Shown one piece after another: positions 56,653 through 64,000 of a stretch of DNA of 64,000 nt. The DNA lies in the NCBI GenBank assembly GCA_965243025.1, contig CBDETY010000003.1, positions 3,616,001-3,680,000 on the forward strand, written 5' to 3'. This stretch comes from Candidatus Latescibacterota bacterium. Lineage in GTDB: Bacteria; Latescibacterota; UBA2968; UBA8231. The notes beneath the pieces are model-generated. The model saw only the letters and a program-made list of their open reading frames with translations, did not search any database and had not been told where the DNA came from. The translations under genes were made by a program, and so were the position numbers. Numbering within the stretch: position 1 is the stretch's first letter; every line of letters begins with the position of its first letter.

Positions 56653-58517
56653 TCCTGAAGGTAGACTACCCGGTTGTCGCGGCGGCTGAGGAGCCCCTGC
56701 AGGGCGCCGCTGTCGACGGTCCCGGACCGCATCAGCAGCCCGGGGTCATCGGCCCCGGCCGCGGCGCGGCGCCAGGTTCTCCTGAGCTCGCGCAGGGCCC
56801 TTGCCCGTTGCCGCGGCGGGGAGTCGAACTCGTACGCCAGGTCCTCGTATCCCGGGATCGCCATCAGGGTCCGGTGGGCGCGGTAGCGGACCACGTCGTA
56901 CGAGTCCTGCATCAACAGTCCCAGGAAGGGCGGCATCCACCAGGAGCCGGCCGCCGCCTGCGCCTCTTCCCAGCCGAAGGACCAGGCCATGAGCCCCCGC
57001 TGCCCGGCGTCCCCCCGTATGGCGAGCAGGGGACCTACGGCGACGTCCCGTTCGTCGCCGGGGAGGGCCGGCTGCGGTTGGCCGTACCACTCCTCGAGGT
57101 GAGCCGCGGTCCAGGCGTATGTCCTGTCGAGGTGGCACAGGTTGCAGGCGTCGGGACGCCCGGTCTCCACCGCGGCGGCGACCCCGGGGGAGGTGATGGC
57201 GTGGCTGCGGATCGCCCGCTGCTGTCCCCAGGTTGTGTGCGGCATGTGGCAGTTGATGCACTGGCTGGCGGCCGACTCGGGCGGGTGATGCGTGTGCCCC
57301 TGCAGGCTCTCGGGGTCGTCGAAGCCGGAATGGCACTGAACGCAGGCCGTGGGGCCCTCCATGCGCGGCTTCAACTGGCGGTTCGCCCAGTTCTTCGCCG
57401 GGCGGAGATCGCCGTGATCCTGGTGCATCTCGTGGCAGGAAAGGCAGGTCATGATGCCGCGATCCGGATCGCCGTGGGTGAAACAGGGGGAGAGCATCAG
57501 GTCGTTGTACTCCCTCCCGGTGACGCGCACCAGGCCGTCTGGCCAGAAGTACTGCTCACCCTCGAAACTCACGTCGCGGAGAGGCAGCTCCGCGTCCCCG
57601 GCCCGGAACGGGGAGCCGTTCGTTTTCCAGGCCGTGAAGTCGGCGTCGCTTTTGGGATCGAAGACCGCGTGGCACTGGCCGCAGACCAGGGACTGGGTCG
57701 CCGGCTCCAGACGCTTCGGGTTGACGATGGTCGGGTCCGCCTCGTCACCCCAGTGGAAGGCATAGCGGCTCGCCGGGGAACGGCGCGCCCGCACGTGCGC
57801 CTCCCCGGGGCCGTGGCAGGACTCGCAGGCGATCCCGAACTCCACTGCCTCCGAATCGAAACCCTCGGAAACCAGCCCGGGATTGCCGCCGGTTGTATGG
57901 CAGAGAATGCAGGAGGCGTTCCAGAGTCCGGAGACCCCCGGCATGGGATCGGGGGGCTTGAGAAAGACGGAGCCGATGTACATCCAGCGGTCGGTATCGA
58001 TGACGTAGGCGGCGTCGAGGATGCGCAGGGAGCGGTCGAAATCCCCTGCCTCGTACCAGTAGGCCTGGAAGTGGTGGGATCCGGTGGTCATGACGATCCG
58101 CCGCCTGATCCAGGGGCGGGAACCGGGACCGGGGGCATCCGGATCTTCGAACTCGACCCAGATTTCGCCGTCCTCGACGCTGAAGCGGTACTGTCCGGAT
58201 CCGGTGGTGACGGTGACCCCGTCGAGCGGGGTGGCGACGCTCCGGGGGGTGGCGACCTGCGTCATGGTGCGGTGCCACGACGCCCACCAGGAATCGTACT
58301 CCCCCGGGTGGCAGGAGCGGCAGGCCCTCGAGGAGACGAAATCCCCGGTGGCCGCCTCTATGGGACGGTGTTGCGGTTGCGGCTGCTCCGACAGGGGGTA
58401 GGGCTTCCGGTAACCGGTGGCTACCCCCAGGCAGACGGTTACCGAGCCGAGAAGCGCATATCCGAGCTTCCGCCTGATCCGCCGTCTCGCATCGTCGGGA
58501 ATACGGGCTGAAGCCAC
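56649..58517 (-). CDS. Multiheme c-type cytochrome (8 CxxCH)
   Basis: N-terminal membrane anchor; CRSCH, CILCH, CESCH, CGQCH, CLSCH, CVQCH, CINCH, CNLCH. Confidence 0.9.
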   Translation of the reverse strand: MASARIPDDARRRIRRKLGYALLGSVTVCLGVATGYRKPYPLSEQPQPQHRPIEAATGDFVSSRACRSCHPGEYDSWWASWHRTMTQVATPRSVATPLDGVTVTTGSGQYRFSVEDGEIWVEFEDPDAPGPGSRPWIRRRIVMTTGSHHFQAYWYEAGDFDRSLRILDAAYVIDTDRWMYIGSVFLKPPDPMPGVSGLWNASCILCHTTGGNPGLVSEGFDSEAVEFGIACESCHGPGEAHVRARRSPASRYAFHWGDEADPTIVNPKRLEPATQSLVCGQCHAVFDPKSDADFTAWKTNGSPFRAGDAELPLRDVSFEGEQYFWPDGLVRVTGREYNDLMLSPCFTHGDPDRGIMTCLSCHEMHQDHGDLRPAKNWANRQLKPRMEGPTACVQCHSGFDDPESLQGHTHHPPESAASQCINCHMPHTTWGQQRAIRSHAITSPGVAAAVETGRPDACNLCHLDRTYAWTAAHLEEWYGQPQPALPGDERDVAVGPLLAIRGDAGQRGLMAWSFGWEEAQAAAGSWWMPPFLGLLMQDSYDVVRYRAHRTLMAIPGYEDLAYEFDSPPRQRARALRELRRTWRRAAAGADDPGLLMRSGTVDSGALQGLLSRRDNRVVYLQE

Positions 58518-58528
58518 CCTGGACGGCG

Positions 58529-61201
58529 CTAATAGGTGAGGGCAACCGTGCGCAGCAGCTCCCGGCTGCCGACGCCGGTACCCCCGGTGTCGGAGGCGAG
58601 CTTGAGGCGCACCGCGTACAACCCCGGGGGCACCAGCTCATCCGCTTCGTCGCGGCCGTCCCAGGCGATCGAGTAGCCGCCGGCGCTGACCTCCCTCTGC
58701 TCTTCCAGTCGCCGCACCCGGCGGCCCGTCAGATCGAAGATCTCGGCGGCGACCGCGGTGCTCGCCCCCACCATCATCACCGTGAAATCGAGCCGCAACT
58801 CGTCGTTCACCCCGTCGCCGTTGGGGGAGAAAACCCGCGGCGAGACCGCCAGATCCCTGAACAGCAGCTTGTGCTCCGGCTGCGCCACCAGCTGCAGCGA
58901 ATTGCGCGGAATCTTTTCGTCGACGCGCTGCCAGAAACCCTCCCCCTCCGAGTTCCGCAGGTGCGCCTGCAGGCGGCCTCCCGCGGTCAGCAGGATCCCC
59001 CTGAAATCGACCCGCAACGCCTCCGCTTCCGAAGCAACCTCATCGAAGGCGAGGTGGAGACTGTCGGCGGCGTCGGACAACAGGCGCACGTTCTCCAGGC
59101 GGAAGCCGCCGGGGTCGCCCCCTTCCCCGAAGGCCGAGGCGGGACCGGCGAACACCGCATCGCGGCCGGGGTCGAAACGCACCTCCATTCCGGGAGGCGG
59201 AGTAATCAGAAGCTCGTCGAAGCCCTGCCGGAGGGAGCCGAGCTCCACCAGGAGATTGAAACCGCGCTCCACCCCGAGAGAATCGACGCGGGTCGGGATC
59301 ACCTGCCCCTGCAGGCTTTCGGCCACCGGGTCCGAAAAGTTCACGCGCACCGCGTCCAGGGTGGCGAACGCATTCGGATCGTCGGACAGCAGCCGCGCCC
59401 GGACCTTGAGGTACTTGCGCGGCGACGGCGAGGTGATGGCGGTCCCCGAGGCCACCTCGTACGGCTCGCTCCAGGGCTCCCAGTCGCCTCCCGCCACCTC
59501 CTCGGGAACGATGGGTCCCTTCTGGGTCTTGATGCGGATCTTGTTGTACGCCGCTTCGGAGATCTCCGTCCCGTCTGCCTTGAAGTAGTGAAGCAGGGTG
59601 TCGAGCGAGTTCCCGGTGCGCGTCTGCACCTCGACGCGGGTGCCGGGCTGGTGGTCGGAGTCCCACTCGATGGTGGTAAGGTTGCGGCTGCCCCCGAGCT
59701 GGATGAGGCTGGAGGTCATCTCGACGCGGGGCTGGTACCCCTCTCCGTACAGCTGCAGCTCGCTGAGCAGGGCGTCGCCGAGATTGTCCCGCGGGAGGGC
59801 TTCGAACCCGACGTCCCACTCGATGCGGAAGAACCTTCCGGTCACCGCCCGGAACTCCTCGATGTTCAGGATGATGCGGCTGCGGCCGCCGTTCCTCTCG
59901 GCCACGGTGAGCCACCTGAGACCACCGTCCACCTCCCTGGTGCCGTCGGAAACGTCGAGGCGGTAGTCGAACCACGACCTGGCGCGGGCGGCGCCCCGGC
60001 CGCCGGCCAACCTGAAACCGGAGATCCAGAAAAAGGAACCCAGGTCGATGAACAGCTCGTCGGTCAGCCGGTTCGGATCGGAGTTGCTGAGCCTCATCTT
60101 CTCCTGCGATTCGATGTTGCCGTCGATGAGGTTGAGGGGATTCACCGAAGTGGGGGCGGAGTTGACGATCGAGCCCTTGCGGCGAATCACCCCGCTCGCC
60201 AGGTCGTCGCCGGGACCCCAGACTTCCAGTTCCGCCAGGCGCGGCCGTTCCCGGCGGTAGTAGCGAATGCCCCCTTTCAGATCCTCGTCCAGCCGTTCGT
60301 AATCCCCGGGTTCGAGGGTGACCTCGCCGCCGTTCGAAAGGCGCTTTATGTAATCGATCGCCCCGGCGTCTTCCGGGGATTCCTCGAGAAGGCGATTGTA
60401 TTCTTCCTCGCCGATCTCCCGGCCGCGGTCGAGGTCGCTGCCGTGCACTGCAACCTGGACGAAGCGCACCGACCTTTTTTCCGCGTCCGTCCCGACTCCC
60501 TGGATCTGCGCCAGCAGCGAAGCCGCCTGGGCGGTGGTTCCCCCGGCCACCACCGGGGGATCGGATCCGGAAAGGTCGGCCTCGAAAACACGCTGGCTCT
60601 TGTTGGGCCGCAGCGTCTGGATGACCGGGCGGAAGTCGAGGCTCTTGCTCGCCGGGGCGGTCCCGGGAGCCTGACCGTTGGATACCAGAACGTCGAAAAG
60701 CAGGAACGGATCCCCCATTCCCTCGTCGACGAACTTCAGCACGACCCGGTCGGCAAGCACGATGCGGCCGAGATCGATGGTGAACCACCACTGCGTCGCC
60801 AGGTTGAAATCACCGGACGGGATCTCCGGCTCCCAGTACGTGGTCGGGTCGCCGTCGAACACGTTGACGACATCCTCGCGGTTGGAGACACCCTGGATGG
60901 CGTCCAGCAGGGATATCTCCGCCGGGTCCTTGCGCGCCAGCTCCTCGGGCGGGTTCCAGCGCAGGTGATCGACGATGTCGAGAACGGCGTTGGTCTGCCG
61001 GCGCCAGTGTTGGGGGCGAATCTCCCCGGAAGGGCTGATCTCCAGCGTCCCTTCGGCAAACTCCCAGTTTTGCCAGTGACTTTGCGTGTTGACGACCACC
61101 TGGTTGTCGAGAACGCTGTACCCTTCCTGCGCCGCGGTTCCCGCGGGCAGGAAACTCCCCAGCATGATCGCGCTTCCGGCAAACAGACAGAATCTTTTCA
61201 T
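58529..61201 (-). CDS. Large secreted protein with discoidin-like modules and C-terminal FSPNGDGVND/FlgD-Ig domain, paralog 1
   Basis: Signal peptide; VFDGDPTTYW...IDLG; QTRTG; FSPNGDGVND...IFDLTGRRVR...WDGRD...PPGLY. Confidence 0.85.
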   Translation of the reverse strand: MKRFCLFAGSAIMLGSFLPAGTAAQEGYSVLDNQVVVNTQSHWQNWEFAEGTLEISPSGEIRPQHWRRQTNAVLDIVDHLRWNPPEELARKDPAEISLLDAIQGVSNREDVVNVFDGDPTTYWEPEIPSGDFNLATQWWFTIDLGRIVLADRVVLKFVDEGMGDPFLLFDVLVSNGQAPGTAPASKSLDFRPVIQTLRPNKSQRVFEADLSGSDPPVVAGGTTAQAASLLAQIQGVGTDAEKRSVRFVQVAVHGSDLDRGREIGEEEYNRLLEESPEDAGAIDYIKRLSNGGEVTLEPGDYERLDEDLKGGIRYYRRERPRLAELEVWGPGDDLASGVIRRKGSIVNSAPTSVNPLNLIDGNIESQEKMRLSNSDPNRLTDELFIDLGSFFWISGFRLAGGRGAARARSWFDYRLDVSDGTREVDGGLRWLTVAERNGGRSRIILNIEEFRAVTGRFFRIEWDVGFEALPRDNLGDALLSELQLYGEGYQPRVEMTSSLIQLGGSRNLTTIEWDSDHQPGTRVEVQTRTGNSLDTLLHYFKADGTEISEAAYNKIRIKTQKGPIVPEEVAGGDWEPWSEPYEVASGTAITSPSPRKYLKVRARLLSDDPNAFATLDAVRVNFSDPVAESLQGQVIPTRVDSLGVERGFNLLVELGSLRQGFDELLITPPPGMEVRFDPGRDAVFAGPASAFGEGGDPGGFRLENVRLLSDAADSLHLAFDEVASEAEALRVDFRGILLTAGGRLQAHLRNSEGEGFWQRVDEKIPRNSLQLVAQPEHKLLFRDLAVSPRVFSPNGDGVNDELRLDFTVMMVGASTAVAAEIFDLTGRRVRRLEEQREVSAGGYSIAWDGRDEADELVPPGLYAVRLKLASDTGGTGVGSRELLRTVALTY

Positions 61202-61398
61202 CGGCGCCTGCCCTCCAGATCAATCGTTAGTCCCGGTCTTCCGGTGAAGGTAGCTTTCATGGAGATCCATCCGTAATCGCTCGTACCCACATCCATTGAA
61301 ATTACAAAATCCCCGGTCTGGGAAAAAGCCGGGAGCTTGTATCCTAACAACCTGAATATCAACCAGTTGAAGCCCTGGTCCGGCGCTGCTGTGTCCCG

Positions 61399-64000
61399 CT
61401 AGTAGACGACGGCAAGGGTGCGCAGCAACTCCCGGTTTCCCACGCCTGTATCCGCGGTGTCGACGGCGGGTTTCAGGCGCACCGCGTATACCCCCGGAGG
61501 CACGAGCTCCCCTTCGTCGTCGCGGCCGTCCCAGGCCATCGAGTAAGCGCCCGCGCCTACCTCCCGACGCTCCTCCAGACGCCGCACGCGACGGCCGGCG
61601 AGGTCGAAAATTTCCGCCTGGACCGCGGCGCCGCCCGCCACCATCATCACCGTGAAAACGAGCCGCAGCTCGTCGTTGACACCATCCCCGTTGGGAGAGA
61701 ACACCGGCGGCCTCACGGTCAGGTCGCCCAGCAGCCTCTTGCGCTCCGGCACGGCGACCAGCTGCAGCGAGGTGCGCGGAACCTTTTCGTCGACGGGCTG
61801 CCAGAAACCCTCTCCTTCCGAGTTGCGCAGCTGCGCCCGCAGGCGGCCTCCCGCGGTCAGCAGGACCCCCCTGAAATCGACGCGCAATACCTCCACTTCC
61901 GGATCGACCGCGGCGAACGCCAGGTGAAGACTGTCCGGGGCGTCAGACAGCACCCGCACCCTCTCCAGGCGGAAACCGCCGGGGCCGTCCCCTTCCCCGA
62001 ACGCCGGGGCCGGACCGGCGAACACCGGATCGCCGACAGGGTCGAAGCTCAGCTCCATTCCGGGCGGCGGCGTTATCAGCAGCTCGTCGAACCCCTGCTC
62101 GAGGGGACCGAGCTCGACGAGCAGACTGAAGCTGCGTTCCACTCCGAGGGAATCGACCCGGGTCGGAGTCAGGGCCGCGTGCAGGCTGCCGGCAACCAGT
62201 CCCGAGAAGTTCACGCGCACCGCGTCCAGGGTGGCGAAGGCTTCCGGATCCCCGGACAGCAGCCGCGCCCGGATCTCGAGATACCTGCGCGGAGACGGCG
62301 AGGTGACCGCGCTCCCCGAGGCCGCCTCGTACGGCTCACTCCAGGGCTCCCAGTCGCTGGCCGCCACCGCCTCGGGAACGATGTCTCCCTTCTGCCACGA
62401 GAAGCGGATCTTGTTGTAGGCCGCCTCGGAGACCTCCGTCCCGTTGGCCTTGAAATAGTGCAGCAGCGTATCGAGGCTGTTCCCGGTGCGCGTCTGCACC
62501 TCGACGCGGGTTTCGGGCTGGAGGTCGGAGTCCCACTCGATGGTGGTCAGGTTGCGGCCGCCGCCGAGTTCAATCAGGCCGGATGTCAGCTCGACCCGGG
62601 GTTGGTACCCCTCTCCATACAGCTGCAGCTCGCTGAAAGCGGCGTTGCTGTAATATCCTTGCGACAGGTCCCACTCGATGCGGAAGAACCCCGCGATGAC
62701 GGGTTGAAACTCCTCGATACTCAGTGCTACGCGTCTGCCGAAGCCACTTCCCATGTTCCTCTCGGCCAGCGTCAGCCATTCGAGGCTGCCGTCCACCTTC
62801 CTGGAGCCGTCGGAAACCTCCAGGCGGTACTGGTTCCACAATCTGGCTTCGCGGGCTTCGCCCCGGCCCCCGGCCAATCTCAAACCGCTTATCCAGAAAA
62901 ACGAGCCCAGGTCGAGCAAGATCTCGGCCGTCAGCCTGTCCGGGTCAACCCGGCTGCGGATACCCATGCGCTCCTGCGATTCGATGTTCCCGTCGATGAG
63001 ATTCAGCGGATTCACGGAGTTCCGGGCGGTATTGACCATTGATCCCCCGCGGCGGACGATACCGCTGGCCAGGTCGTCACCCGGACCCCAGACTTCCAGC
63101 TCGGCCAGGCGCGGCCGTTCCCGCCGGTAGTAGCGGACCCCCGCCCGAAGCGGCGCAGGCAGTCTTTCGTAGTCCTCCCGGTCCAGGACGATCTCACCAC
63201 CGGCCGAAAGGCGCTTGAGGTAATCGATCGCCCCGGCCTCTTCCGGGGCATCCTCGAGGAGCTGCTCGTACGCCTCCTCCCCGATCTCCCGGCCGCGGTC
63301 GAAATCGCTGCCGTGCACGACCACCTGGACGAAACGGACCGCCCTTTTGGCCGCCTGCCTTCTCGCCGCTTCGCCGAGTTCCCATTGGTGGAGATCGGAC
63401 CCGCTGCCGAAGTAGCGGGAAACCGCCGCCGGGTCGTATTGGGAAAGGTCGATCTCGAAAAGGCGCTGGTACTTGTTGCGATGCAGGGTCTGCATGACCG
63501 GCCGGAAGTCGAGATTCCCGCTGGCCGGAGCCTCCCCGGGAGCCTGGCCGTTGGAGACCAGAACGTCGAACAGCAGGAAGGGATCCCCAAGGCTCTCGTC
63601 GACGAACTTCAACACGATCCGGTCCGCCAGCACGATGCGGCCGAGGTCGACGATGAACCACCACTGGGTCGCCAGCTCGACCTCGCTCGACAGGAACTCC
63701 GGCTCCCACCAAGTGTTCATGTCGCCGTCGAGGGCGTTGACGACCCCCTCGCGATTGGAGACGCCCTGAACCGCATCGAGCAGGGTGATTCCCGCCGGGT
63801 CCCTGTCAGCCAGCCCTTCCGGCGGAATCCAGCGCAGGTGATCGACGATGTCGAGAACGGCGTTGGCCGGCCGGCGCCAGCGGCGGGGCCGGAGCCCGCC
63901 GGAGGAACCGATCTCCAGTGTCCCTTCGGCGAACTCCCAGTTCTTCCAGTGGCCCGGCGAATTGACAACCACCTGATTTCCGCGAATGCTGTACCCCGGC
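61399..64000 (-). CDS. Paralog 2 of the same secreted family, 5' end beyond the window
   Basis: Frame stays open to the edge (PGYSIRGNQVVVNS); colinear and highly similar to 58529-61201. Confidence 0.85.
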   Translation of the reverse strand, partial: PGYSIRGNQVVVNSPGHWKNWEFAEGTLEIGSSGGLRPRRWRRPANAVLDIVDHLRWIPPEGLADRDPAGITLLDAVQGVSNREGVVNALDGDMNTWWEPEFLSSEVELATQWWFIVDLGRIVLADRIVLKFVDESLGDPFLLFDVLVSNGQAPGEAPASGNLDFRPVMQTLHRNKYQRLFEIDLSQYDPAAVSRYFGSGSDLHQWELGEAARRQAAKRAVRFVQVVVHGSDFDRGREIGEEAYEQLLEDAPEEAGAIDYLKRLSAGGEIVLDREDYERLPAPLRAGVRYYRRERPRLAELEVWGPGDDLASGIVRRGGSMVNTARNSVNPLNLIDGNIESQERMGIRSRVDPDRLTAEILLDLGSFFWISGLRLAGGRGEAREARLWNQYRLEVSDGSRKVDGSLEWLTLAERNMGSGFGRRVALSIEEFQPVIAGFFRIEWDLSQGYYSNAAFSELQLYGEGYQPRVELTSGLIELGGGRNLTTIEWDSDLQPETRVEVQTRTGNSLDTLLHYFKANGTEVSEAAYNKIRFSWQKGDIVPEAVAASDWEPWSEPYEAASGSAVTSPSPRRYLEIRARLLSGDPEAFATLDAVRVNFSGLVAGSLHAALTPTRVDSLGVERSFSLLVELGPLEQGFDELLITPPPGMELSFDPVGDPVFAGPAPAFGEGDGPGGFRLERVRVLSDAPDSLHLAFAAVDPEVEVLRVDFRGVLLTAGGRLRAQLRNSEGEGFWQPVDEKVPRTSLQLVAVPERKRLLGDLTVRPPVFSPNGDGVNDELRLVFTVMMVAGGAAVQAEIFDLAGRRVRRLEERREVGAGAYSMAWDGRDDEGELVPPGVYAVRLKPAVDTADTGVGNRELLRTLAVVY

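Noticed and set aside
1-64000. CRISPR array, tRNA, rRNA, integrase, transposase or reverse transcriptase
   Set aside because: I saw no regularly spaced repeats, RNA-gene signatures or catalytic motifs for these by eye; dedicated tools were not run.

Overview
A 64 kb, gene-dense, high-GC bacterial window with no rRNA, tRNA or CRISPR array that I can see. Its gene content suggests Candidatus Latescibacterota or a related FCB lineage, possibly host (e.g. sponge) associated; this is inference from three PhyH dioxygenases, DUF6785-like membrane proteins, proteins ending in an FSPNGDGVND/FlgD-Ig domain, an LRR lipoprotein and an AAA-ATPase/PD-(D/E)XK gene. Bases 1-14.4 kb form a zinc-starvation cluster: two COG0523 GTPases, a WD40 protein, zrgABCD-like and Znu/Azt-like ABC transporters, a Fur/Zur regulator, two matching palindromic operators, and decayed zur-like and folE2-like remnants. 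The most interesting item is a CruR/DUF2946-like leader ORF (His-rich, CxxC, C-terminal RAPP arrest motif) followed by a structured spacer carrying an anti-Shine-Dalgarno for a His-rich lipoprotein gene. This suggests metal-sensing translational attenuation nested inside a Zur-type operon. The rest holds catabolic enzymes, tandem paralog pairs, an orphan zinc-finger gene flanked by a 98-99 bp duplication of a gene 3' end, a damaged surface-protein cassette, a CTAG-flanked MITE and two multiheme cytochromes.
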